Assembly (NCBI GenBank): GCA_973851085.1
Contig: OZ316775.1
Coordinates: forward strand, 2,046,001-2,110,000
Direction of reading: 5' to 3'
DNA: 64,000 bases
DNA from: Ptychomitrium polyphyllum
Lineage: Eukaryota
The translations under genes were made by a program, and so were the position numbers. Positions 28,052-40,500 of the stretch are shown in pieces. The notes beneath the pieces were generated by a model, which did no database searches, was not told the DNA's origin, and saw nothing but the letters and a program-made list of their open reading frames with translations. How positions within the stretch are numbered: the stretch's first letter is position 1; each line of letters begins with the position of its first letter.

Positions 28052-28854
28052 TCTCCCCTTCTTTTAAGGATAGCACGAGTCCACTCCTGCCATATTCCAC
28101 ATAACACAATTCCCTTCAGATATTAAGGGTACTCTAGGTGCAGAAATTGTTCCTTCATTATAGATCAAATATGATATTTGACTGACGGGGACACTGAGAA
28201 CAAGCTATTGTGGGGGTTGTCAGGTGGATAACAACTGAAACAGATTCAGAACAGTTAAGACTAACATTGTGAAATCCAACTGCAAATTACAGACTTTCGA
28301 GCTACTGAACGTGTTCATCTCTAACGAGTCAATACTCCAATAGGAAAATCTAAGGATCTGTTGGAAGTGACACACCCAAGTAACACTGCGAAGAACCGCT
28401 GCCAATCTCTCTTCAGCTCTTGGAATCACGTCCTGAATGTGTAAACAACAGATCCTTCTACTGTATCCTTCAGTGTATTTACTACTTAATTTATAGTTCA
28501 GACCACATCTGGTTTTTGAAAGGTCGCCGAACTCAAATACACAGCTGCTAACCAACACTTAAGATGCAATGCTGCAACCAGATGAACTGCACCGCCAATG
28601 ATCACCTGACTCTTGAAAATGGGCTTTTGCGACATCACCTGCAAAAACCAACTCGTCAATGGCACTTAAGTCCGACGTACACAGGGGCTCACCTGTTGAA
28701 AGTTCTGGGATGCGATTAGATGGAGCTGAAAAAGGAATGCTAGATTGCACAAGTGGTGAACAGAAGGCAATGAATTCACGGTCTAGTACAAAAATCCCGG
28801 CAGCGGAAATACACTAAACGGGACCACTGTTATTCATTGAATCTAGTATACTAC

Positions 28855-28933
28855 CTCAGACAATCATGTGGCATAGATGTACAGTTCGTATATCTCAGAC
28901 AGTCATGTGGCATGGTTGTACAGTTCGTAAATC
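28855..28933. repeat. Two-copy ~39-bp tandem duplication upstream of the methylesterase
   Basis: CTCAGACA(a/g)TCATGTGGCAT(aga/ggt)TGTACAGTTCGTA twice in tandem. Confidence 0.85.
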
Positions 28934-31900
28934 TTTCCAAAACAAGAACATGATCGCGACTTTCGCGACCTATTAGAACTACTTCGAGCAACCTGGCCTG
29001 ACAGTTGCAGTCACTCCCAGTTGCAGTCTGCTAGAGTACCTGCACGAGTCATTCGCTCGGAGGAAAGGATCCTGCATCTAGTGCACTCGTCACCCCTTAG
29101 GGCCCCCGTTTAGATCGGAGGCGTGGCACTTCTGAAACTTTGCAAATGGGAAACAAGTAAATAAGACAATCCCAAACAAATTAAAAACAGTATTTTAGCA
29201 GGTCGGATCCATAGCAGTGAACTTTTCATTTTTGTTATGAAATTTCATTTCCACACGGAAGTCTTTGAACATTATGTCATCATTGCCCGACGCATATACA
29301 CAGACAAGATCAAATAACAAATATGGTAAAAGCCATTCAAAGAAGTACCCAGTACCGAAAATGAATCATCCAATGACAAACATCTGATCGTATATGTATC
29401 AAATTTCTTTGAATAGAGTATTTATTTGAGAATAAAATAAAACTGAACTGGCCAAAACGTCCTAAGTCACTTGTGCCTTTTCAAACAAAAACCACAAAAG
29501 TTTATTGGCTAGTGATGGTAATGATCAAAATTTGAAGTCATATCTCCACTCCAATGGAATGGTAACTCTTCCATTAAATAGGCGGTCTAAAAATTCACTA
29601 AACATTTCTATATTTAGTGAAACTCATGTTTTTTTTACCTTACAAACCAATGTGGAAGGATTTTCTTTAAATTTAAATTTATAAAATATCCTACCTTAGC
29701 TACTCAAAACTTTATGGAACCCTTCTATATTCATTCAATGTTCAATTATAGTAAACATTTGGTTAATTGGATTCCAAATCAAGTCTAGTTGGCATGATAA
29801 TTTAATTTGAATGAATACAAGTCGCTTTTAAAGATTTGATAAGCATTTTAGTACAAGTGGGTTTGAATTTGAATATTTAATGGTTTCTAAGATTATAATT
29901 ATTTTTACATTGCAAGGCTATTTTTGGACACATCAAAACTTACTAACTTTTCTAATTTTATTTCAATTACAATGTGCCATCAACTACACATTTTCGATAT
30001 CAAACAGTGTGATTTTTTAATCTATACAGCTGCATAACTCAAAATTTTGATCTGCATCCTATACAACAAAGTCCACTGTATGATTATATTGCAGTCTTAA
30101 ATATCATCCATACGATTTCAAAAGCAATGATGTTTAAGAACGTAAAGATTTCTCATCCTTGAGGGGTTAAGAGAAGCATGTAAAAAAAATCCATATATCA
30201 CATATCCCCTCTATTACTGTCTAGAAGTTAATGTGCAATTGAGAGGGACTATTTTTTTCAAAGAAGGACAAATTTTGACACAGTCACCTTAAACTGTTTT
30301 GCTTCTGATTTCGGGTAAGCAATCCAGAGTGAGATGGCTACAGTACAAACACAGCCTTTTCCTGTGACACGCCGTAATTCGAGTATTGGCACCTCCATAA
30401 CTACCCCTACGCAGATGGAGACAATGTAGGGGTGCGGTGGAGAAAGGTGCTTTGACAGCGGCACTGATCCGGATACGCATTGATCCTAGAAGCTGGCTAT
30501 TTTTTGTTGACATCCTCATCTTATTCTGCCAAGTTCCTTGCAGATCAGAATGTCTCTGCCTAGTTCTTTGGTGTCAGAGTATGGGACGTCACCTATGATG
30601 CTAAGAGTGACAGTAACCTTTGTCACGAGGAGCTAAGCTGGGAGGGCGTAGGCAAGTTCTGACTGGGGACATAGGAGTGGAGGCGGAAGGGGAGCCTTGG
30701 TACGAAGGCCCCATGACCGCAGTCTAGACCGCAAGAAAGGGAAAAAGGAAAACGTATCTGGTGTAGCTCTGCCAACAATAAAGCTATGCTGAGAAATGCT
30801 AAAACAAACCTTAAGTCGTCCAGCTGGAAGTAAAGTTAAATCTTTCATATTCGAGGCAGGCGGTCACGAGAACGTTGCCGACGGGGTCGGAGGTGGGGCT
30901 TCGCGAAGGTATACTTAAATATCGTGCTTTAGATATGCTTTAGTTATAATCTGATTTGAGTAGATATCGACCAAACATCTGTTTCAAGCATCCAAGGTGG
31001 ACAAGTTGGATGTGGTCAATGCTTCTGCACCTGTCAATTGTTTAGAGTTGAATTTAGAAAATTCTTAGTGCAACCATCATGATTAGGGGACCCGGATTTG
31101 GCCTTGTTTGCAGAGAGAAAAAACGTACCTGAGCTAGCCAGCATGCAGATAGAGTACAAATCACTGTTGTGCGTGCATGCATCCCCCTAGACTCTAGAGT
31201 TGTTATCGCAACATTGGCTTCCGTTACAGTATTATAGAAGTTGATTAAGTCACCTCATCAGTTCTAGTACCATTTGGAGTTGCATGAGGCAGTACTGTAA
31301 GTTACAGTGGGCCACCACTTCAAAGTTCCCGATAAACCATGTCGATGGCTATAGGCACTGCGCCACTTGTTAGCATCCCTGCTGCAGCTTGAACCCAGAT
31401 TTTTCAAGATATGTGCAAAATTTGCAAATGAAACTTTCAACTGCTCTCGAAGTAACAGTGAAGTGCCCATTGGGTTTGACTTGGCCCAGTAGGTTAGAAG
31501 ACAAGTGTTTGCTATCTTCTGGCCTACTATTATGGTTTGCAACTAAAGGTTGGAGCATCCGGTGGTTAGAGCCTATCTTTAAGGGTTCTTAACTAACCTT
31601 GCTTCTACACTCGAAAATGTGTTTCTCCGATAACCCAAAGTTTTTCAATTCAGAGATTAAAACCTCTAGAGGCACGAGTGCTAGCATTTGCATATACACA
31701 TGGAGCTGTATACCATCATGCATTGTGAGGCTCTATTTCCACCATGGAAGTCCACAATTTGTTTATAGTTAGAGAAGAGTGTACTCCAACTATATTTGCA
31801 ACTACATCTAGTTTGGGGGCAAGGGAAGTGTTGTGCAGCATCAACTTTTGCTCCAATATTCATCCATTTTTAGCTTTTAGATTCCATCAAATCTCCTAGA

Positions 31901-34719
31901 TCCTAATAGATTAATTCTTTAAGGAACGCATTACACTTGGCTTGGACCATGATCAGAATTTCAAATTCATTCCAGTTTTAGAATTCTTACTTTGTACAAT
32001 TTCAAAATTCTAGACAAGTTTCCTTTCTCATTACTTGTAGGTGACTAGCACTTCTCTGATTGTTGTACATGTTTGTGTCCAAGTGAGGTGGGAAGTGGAA
32101 ACAAAAATAGTGCTTGTTGAGTTATTAACATAGCAACAAACAAACACAAAACTAAAATCTGTTTTGAATTATATAATTTTGTTATTAGTTCTGATAAATC
32201 CCCTTCTAAAAATGTATACATCATATGAACTAACATGAGCACTGGAGTGCATGGCTTGTATTTGCAGATTGCACCCAAGGCATGTATATTGTCATAAATC
32301 TAAATAGAAGCATAAAATGGAAGGTCTAGCATACAAATTACAACCTCAGTGGCTAAACACTAAGGACGATAGAAACTAATAAACAATAGGATTTTATTTT
32401 GGTTTTGAGGTTCATGTAAGCATGTAAATATTGAGGTTAGTTTCAAGAGGTATTCACAAGGAAAAGGTTGTCACTGCAAGTTGGATGCTATATCATCAAA
32501 ATTTCCGCTCCTCAACACCAAAATAGCCTCCAAGCAATCTCCACAATTGTATTCTAGTCAACTAAAGGTGCTTTGGAACAATCAAGTAGCATAATTGAAG
32601 AGTACTTGTAGTACAACAGATGTAAAAGTGCATGTATATACCTCCTAATATGAAGTTAATGTTGTAGTTGTTGGCAGCAACTAGTGACTTCTGATGAAGG
32701 AGTTGAGTTCCAATGACCCTTGACAGTTGCAATGGGGCAGCACAAAAATTCTTGCATTATAGCCAAGCCTTTGGCACACTTGCCATAAAATAAATAAAAT
32801 AATATGTTTGCTAGATAAGCTACTTCAAACCTCCGTACCTGTATTGCCAAAACTAATTAAATCAAAAATTCGCCATATTACAGACCTTCAGAGCTACCTC
32901 CGTGCAATCTCATTGTAACGTGTGTTCAACCTCTAGTGCCACACTATACGTGTCAACAACCATATCACCTGTCCTCTCACTAAAAAGCCTGCCACCTCTG
33001 GCACCGTACAAACAGCCACTTTCATATCTCCGGCCACCACCTTGTCCAGGAATTTAATAACTCCATGTGCGAACATATCCTGTGTTTCGGATCTCATCAA
33101 AAGAAATACTGTATTTCAAGGGACCCTCAGTTTACGGGAGGCTATGATTTTACAGCTGAATTCCAAGCAGTGGCAACTTCAAGGGTCACAGAGTGTCGAT
33201 TTCCAAACAGCTCGTGACCTTAGTACGTCTGGCTTCGGATTGGTTTCTACCTCCATTGAATTATTATTCGTTTGTGCCAAAGTACAAAAGAAGGAAGTGT
33301 TGGTAATCCAGCAGATATTCTTATGGTCGATATCCATTCAGCCCTAATTAAAAGCTTGCTAACGGAGGATACGCTCTAATTTGCACAAGGATTTGCGTGG
33401 AACAGGGATTGTCAGAATCTGCAGTGGACTTCATCACTTCACTCACTCGATTTTCTTCGTTCTGCTCCTGAAAGACATACACATCAGCAGGCTATGGCTC
33501 TGCGAATTCAGGAGTTACACTTGGACAAGGATAAATCAATTATCAAAGGGCTTCAAGAGTTAGACAACATGGTGTTGATGCTGTAATATTCTGCTAACCT
33601 TTAACAAGATATTAGTACATGATAATGCATGGGGGCAACTATGCTGTTATTCGGAAGTCGTCCGTTGCTAATGGGCGGCAAGTACAGGTGCAAGGTCAAT
33701 GAGTCCTCAAAAGTAGAAAGCTGTGGCACCTAGGTACTGCCCTGAAAAAGGGCCGATTCTGTTGTGCACATCGTTCCACCTCAAGTGCACGTTTGAAAAA
33801 GGATTTCGAAATACACTTCACATTTTATCAGCTACATTTTATCAGCTACCATAGAAGAACCCTGTTGAAAACTTCGGATATCCTCAGAAGAACCGTGAAA
33901 TACTACCGCAAAACTATCTACAAGTATCACTTGATCAGAAACTCGTATTGAAAGTCTGAATTTTCTTTATAGCAAATTATTGGAACTGCATTGCACTCCC
34001 CGCTTCTATCTGTAGTGAGTTTTGGCAGTCTCCTCTGTTGAGTAGATATGTCGGTTTTATGTACACGGCAAGTGGCACCTGAGTCAGCATACTAAAACAC
34101 GCCATCGACTCTAATGCAAAAGTAGGTAAGGTTGAAGGGCGACCGAGGAATTCAGGAAAGAGAACTGCTCCTAATACTCGACACATTTCAAACATTACTT
34201 ATAAGCCCTCATGCTCCTGATCAGAAAAACCAAATGGACAGGCCGTGAGCAATTACAGATGAAGGTACAACAGTAACCAATCTGTACAATGAGACCGTAA
34301 CCACTTAAAGCGTGGCATCTGGCAGTTTCACTACAGGGACATTTTATTATTCTGTATTTAAGAGAGAACTACAATAACCTATCCAGGAGAAGTAATAAAG
34401 AAATTCTTCTTCCAAGTTATTGACAGCTTTGATAGGCTTAACGAAATTTGTAACACTAAATAATTCCTGTGGAGCCAAAGAAACATAATTTCCTAACCAA
34501 ACGCATCCCTGTCAGAAATTTCTACTCGCACTCCAACAAGTCTTTCATCAAAGTAGCGCTATACATACTCAGGAGTAGTAGAAGGATTACAACCGATAAT
34601 ATATAAAACAATTCGAAACTTAGAGAAGAAGGGGCCCAGAAAAGGATCTCTGGGAATCCTATCGTCAATCCAGTATATCTAAAAATTGAGTTCACCAACT
34701 AAACTTAGGAGCAACATCT

Positions 34720-34751
34720 GGTAGCAACTAGATACGGTAGCAACTAGATAC
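34720..34751. repeat. 16-bp perfect tandem duplication in the MADS 3' region
   Basis: GGTAGCAACTAGATAC x2. Confidence 0.85.
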
Positions 34752-35015
34752 CATGGTACAGATGTGTCTCATAAGGATACTTATCGACATAAAGCGACTA
34801 GCGAAGTCCTATATTAGTAGCTGCAGCTGTTTCCAATCCTCGATCTACAACACTTTCGAAGTCCAAACCTCGAACACTCTAGAGTTGCATGTTCAGGCGG
34901 GAGTCCACCTGCAGCAAAGGGGTACAACAGCAGGAAGAGGTAATCTAACCCCAAAATACGACTTCAAATAAAGCCTTTCTGTCGTCGGAGTGGCTTACCG
35001 ATCGACATGTAACTT

Positions 35016-37545
35016 TTAAATTCTCACACTTGGTGATAAGTTTGCATGGAGTCTATTCTGACTGTGAAAGCGCGGATGATCCCATCCAATGGAAGATTCA
35101 CCTGCACAACCTGTGAGTAGGCATAAAAATTGATAGTAAAACATAGGCAAAGCGTATTTCGTGTTTGCCCAAATAAAACGACAGATAACGAGCATAATCA
35201 GAGATGTCTTTTTATAAAAAAAAAAGCTCGATTACAGAAAAACAACCACTTCACAAAGGTACTACACCGTAGTCTTACTTTTGACAACAATCCGAACAAA
35301 AACCTAGCAAACAACAAAGAAGGACGTGGAGAGCAATGTACCTTCTGACCCAACGAGGGTCTGCTGCTCGGATGGCAACCTGCTAGAGCTTGAGGGGTAT
35401 GACTCAGACGAGAACATGCTGATCAAAACACAGGCAGCAATCAGGCATGGCTTTCCTCACAACCTATGATCATTTTCTCGTGCTTCACAACAAATCGCCT
35501 CGCTAACACTTTCTTGGACAGTTATGATACTGAAAATTAAAGGTAAATTGATGTACACAATGATAATCACAAGTGCTTACCCTAGTTGTAACGAAGTGTG
35601 TGATCGTTGTGCATCTCGAAGGTGGGGATGAGGATACACAGTCGCTGCCTGGTGCGAGGTCATATCAATTTCTCGTGTAAGAGCGCTAGCTAAATCCCTC
35701 GGGCTGTCTGCCAAATTAGCAGTTCGAGCCTTAACTGCATCTGCAATTCCTTGGGCATCTGCAAGCTACACCAACATACAAGGTAGCCAAACTCATTCTA
35801 AAATTCGTAGCTTGAACCTCACATGTCACTCTTCAAACAGCATTGATTTATAACACAACGACCAATAGTACTCCACAAAGGTCGCAGATACACAAACAGA
35901 AACAAGAACTGGTTGCAAATCTACCACGTACTTTCTGACGAAGGTCCTCATTTGCAACCAACAGTTCGTGCTCCTGTAAAGAGAAATGGTCGTAAGTTTT
36001 CCACAATAATGAATTTAAATCTGCAAGAATGGAACATATAACACCAGAATGTACTACACATGAGAATCATAAAGATATCTCATCGCACACCTTTCTCCGC
36101 AAGAATTCGACCTCCTCCGAAATGAGTTGATTCTGCATTCAAAAACTACAGCCACGGTAAATCTACAGTTTCGGATGCAACTGTCTCTCGAAAACTAAGC
36201 AGAAGTAGTAATGAAAACATCCGAATATATGTATCTGAAAGAACCTCACTTTTTGACCCAGTTTAAGTTTGTTACTTGTAGAATTTCAGTTACTTGCCTT
36301 TCTTGCTCTTACTCGCGAAGCACCCTGATCAAGTTGCTGCTCAAGCTGCAACAGATCAGACACCTTCATCTCTGCAAGATCCTCACCCAGCATGTGCCTG
36401 TAATAACATTGATCGCAGGCTCTCAATACCTACCGAACGCCCATACTACCTACAGAGTGGAGCTCTAGAATAATCCAGAAAACCTTGAATTAAACATATC
36501 AAAATCAAAATTTGCAGCCAGAAAAACGACCTCTGCGAGACTTTCAGTTGCTCCAAGTGCTCCCGTAACTTCACCACTTCACGCCCCATTAACTGCCAGA
36601 TTGCACACAGATGCAGGACATAAATTATTTACACCAAATTGAATAAGACTTTAAGAGGATTCCATTAGTAAATGACCAAGTAATGGCAATCTCCTTCCTT
36701 GTGAATGGGGAAAAGTAATAGACAGTAAGTTGAGATGGACATACATCGCTGCTGGTGCCAGCCTGCGAGACTCCATCCGGACACTTCCTATACCGGTCAA
36801 TGATGTCGCGCATGCTATACACCACAAAAATATTCAAAAACAGCATCAGAGTAGAACAACGCGAGCAGAGAAACAAGTTGCAGCTTAGTTCATTTTCATG
36901 CATAAACCTTATTTAGTTAACTCTACACATGATGCCTACATCACCAGCATTGATAGCTGCAAGCAACTCATTTCCTCACGCTTATGAATATTTGTAATGA
37001 ATACAAGTCAGTTACCTCCCTTCAGTCCATTGCAGGCTTCAGTTCAGACTTAATTTCATTTAAAGGTACTCATGGATTTTGAGCTGCCACTAATCTCACA
37101 CAACTCTGTAGGCTCTTTGAGGCCATGAACAATTGCTTGAGATCTTTCCGGATGCAGAAACTGCACGACTAATTACCAGGAAACAACTATAGCACAAGTT
37201 CAATATGCTGACAGAGTGCAATGCAACTACATGAAAAATAGCAAAAGCATCCGAACATCAAGCTCAGGAAATTGAGGAGGCCATTGGAGATCTCAAAGAC
37301 ACTGAAGTATGTAATTTGGGAACTGCAAACGAGGATGGTGATGATGAGGATGATACCTACCTGCCTGAGCTGGCATACTCGAAGAGCTTGCCTGTGCTAG
37401 AGAAGATGACCAGCGCCACTTCCGCATCGCACAGTACCGCAAGCTCGTGCGCCTTCTTCAACAGCCCACCGCGCCGCTTTGAGAACGTCACCTGTCGACT
37501 CGTCGTGTTCTCTATCTTCTTGATCTCCACCTTCCCGCGCCCCAT
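35016..37545 (-). CDS. MIKCc-type MADS-box transcription factor (PPM1/PpMADS1-like), 9 coding exons, ~285 aa
   Basis: Exons 37545-37361 ([49 protein letters not shown]), 36814-36745, 36592-36531, 36397-36298, 36132-36091, 35973-35932, 35765-35581, 35418-35342, 35110-35016. K-box exon sizes 62/100/42/42 are canonical for MIKCc. C-terminus [13 protein letters not shown] matches moss PPM1-type proteins as I recall them. 3'UTR intron 34998-34909. Confidence 0.95.
35042..35062 (-). promoter_or_regulatory. Candidate miR538 target site in the last coding exon of the MADS gene
   Basis: The + strand reads TTGCATGGAGTCTAT-TCTGA, matching the first 15 nt of moss miR538 as I recall it (UUGCAUGGAGUCUAUGUCUGGA). 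The minus-strand mRNA is therefore complementary to the miRNA. Confidence 0.75.
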
Positions 37546-40500
37546 CACCCTCCGCCGCGACTCCCCTGTCTCGGTTCCCCTCCCGGACGACGCCACCCGC
37601 AACGACAACCGCGTCGCGACCTCACACTCGCCGTCCACCACTATCTCACCCGACGACGCCGTCGCCGTCTCCTGCGTGGCCGCCGTCGCAGCCTGGGCCC
37701 CGAACCGCCACTCCCTGTCCCCAACGGATTGCCCCGACGCTTGAGTCATCCTCCATAGCCCAGCACCCAACTCAAGAGCTTCTCACAACGCCGGCATCCA
37801 ACTCGCCACCATCACCATATATGCACACACCATAGCATCATATATCAAGACAGCCAATATGAGGTCGACTTCGCCCAGGTCGCTCAGATCGATTGGTCAC
37901 TGGTGCTGATAAGGCAACAAGCGGTTCAGAATGTGGAGATGGGACACTACAGTACTAGGCGCCATGATGTATGAGCACCAGACAGCGAGTGGCGATACGA
38001 GGTCAGTGGTGGATCTTTTTCTCGCCCGGTCACTTCCATTCCTGTCCTAGGCGATTACTGTTTGTTACTGTCGTACAATAAGCTGATGCGCTGGGCTGCA
38101 GAAACGAGAACTCTGACGAAAAGAATCATCGGGACTCGTACCCAGCCAGCTGCCGACACCCAGGCTGAGCTGGGCAAATCTGGCGCTGGATCTAATAAAC
38201 TGCCCTGTTTGCCCACGATCGTGCCCGAGCCTTCCGAATGCGGCAATACAAACACCGCGACGCGCTGATGCCTTCCCAATTCAGCGCTTGCCTGCCTTCC
38301 ATGTATAGTACGACGCGATTGATGATTCCTGAACAGACAGAGTTGCAGCTGCGATGTGGCCCATGTATTCCATTCCTGCCAGTATTAACTTACTGTACCC
38401 ATATCATTATTCGGTGCCTTTTAATGTCTAGCCTGGGGTCACTGCGCTACAGTGATATTGCTGCTCTCCTCTACTACCAAAAGATACTAGGCTCCTGACG
38501 CGATGATGAATGCCAAACGATTTCATGAAGGGGCTTATCACATGAGAGGAAATTTTTAAAACAGACATTTCCTATTGATCCGCATGGAAGGAAGGCAAAG
38601 GAATAACTTGGATCAAGTTTAGGGTTCCATTTTGCTTTGAAATCTACATAGACCTAGAGTTGAGGGATACGGCATGGTAAATGTAGTTCATTACCACCAG
38701 GTGCTTGATATTCCTATGTCTGTCATGTGGACATAGGCCTAAATTCTCCTAAGTGTAAACGAATCTCAAGTACGAACTTGGATGATGTGGATAGTAGGTA
38801 CCGGAGTAGGTCAAGCACCCACTTCCGACAAAGTGTACTCAGGATATTGATCTCAGAAGGTGGATCTTGAAAGTTCAGCGATGTCCCTTTCATGGCAAAT
38901 ATAGATGTTAGTTTTAAGAGTGCGGTTTCTGTCCAATTACTTATAAATTCACTTATCATCAACTCCCACAACTCCCATCATTCACTTAGAGTCAACTTCC
39001 TGCACATGATACAGCTTGTGAATTAAAATCAGTACTTATTTGCATGGAACAACTTTTTGAATGACTGTTATACCAACTGGGTAGTACAACATGAACTCTT
39101 TCCTTGATTGTTTGATGAGATTTTTCTCAACCTCTGTTATGTACACCAACTGTAATGTACACTTCGTTCTATGAACAGAGAATGAGGAGAGAGTACAGCA
39201 TATCGCTCAACAGCTTCCAGTAATGGAAAGGGAATGTTACCCCACTTAGGGCCTCCTTGCGTCTTCTCCTGTTGCCCATGGGAGAAGAAATTACTCCCAT
39301 ATTCAAGGAATTTTCAAGTTCTTCCATAACGTTTTTCATCTTGACTTGTCATCCATGAGAAAAGTAATTTGAATGAGTAATGAAGTAGACCATTTGCATG
39401 GCAACGATTATTACAAGAAAGTTTTTTCTTATTCATTGTTTTGAGAGTGCTCTTGGATTGACAAGTTCTTGTACAAAGGATAAACCCTCTTTCATACAAC
39501 ATCGTTTTAGTGACTCCCACCTTCTCCTATGGGTTATCCTTTATCTAAAATACCCATGCCTTAAGTTGAACTTTTTGATTTCCCCTCCAGCAGGTGTAAA
39601 GATGCCTTTGTGCAAATGTTGGTTGTGGGGGCCCAGACTGCAGAGTCATTGGACATTGTTACCAACTCTTGGTACTCAACCGTCAATGGCGGAAGGGTCA
39701 AGGCAATGCAACTCTGCAAAAGGAAAGGGATGTGCATCATGTCCTTGCAATGGATGAATCATCACACTATCAACAACAGCATGCAGCTGGGCAGAAGAGA
39801 GCATGGTGCTTCACGTCCTAACAACCGGATACAACCAGATACAGGGGCCCTTGACAATGTTGACAAAGGTGACGAGGTTCATTGCTTTTGGAGCCTGGTA
39901 CCAGTGTGGGCAGCCGGATTGGAGCGTTCAAATGCCCTGACATAAAACTCACTGCTCTCCAGCCCCACCAAAAGCTGCGCAGTAAAGGAGAGCAGAGTCC
40001 TCATTCGCCCAATGTGGAACTTGCCATGTCCACTGACTCGGTCTGTACTCGATTGTCGTCCATAATTATGCACGTTGCTGTCCTCGCATGCCATTTACGG
40101 CAAGTACTGGTATAGTGGTGTTTGTTTTTCCACTTTCGGACCATTCTAATAAATACCAGTAATACTATATATATTAAAATGGGACGGCTATTCAGAATAA
40201 GAGCGCAGCTATTGGACCAACCTAAAACTGCTAATTTAGCTAAATGCCAACCTCAAGCTATGGAATACAATCACTGACCCAAATTCTAATAAAGAGTCTA
40301 TGCAAAGTTAAATGTTTTATGAATGTTTTCCACCAGATAAATGTAATATAATTTTTTTGCTTCATGCGGTATGGAAAGAATGAAATGCAATTAAATTAAA
40401 TTAAATTCATGAGTTATATACATTAATACATTTATAGATCAAACACATTTGTAGATCAAACATATTGTTCATCTATATTCAAATAAATGAAAGACTGATG

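Noticed and set aside
28810..29120. Harbinger/Tourist-like TIR motifs (CTAAACGGGACC; TTAGGGCCCCCGTTTAG)
   Set aside because: The two motifs face outward and I found no matching partner end, so no element can be delimited.
37260..37282. Resemblance to miR390 in MADS intron 1
   Set aside because: Only the first ~10 nt match, the site is intronic, and there is no hairpin.
39200..40100. Higher-GC block with short ORFs, possibly a TE or pseudogene relic
   Set aside because: All frames are interrupted and I recognise no motif.
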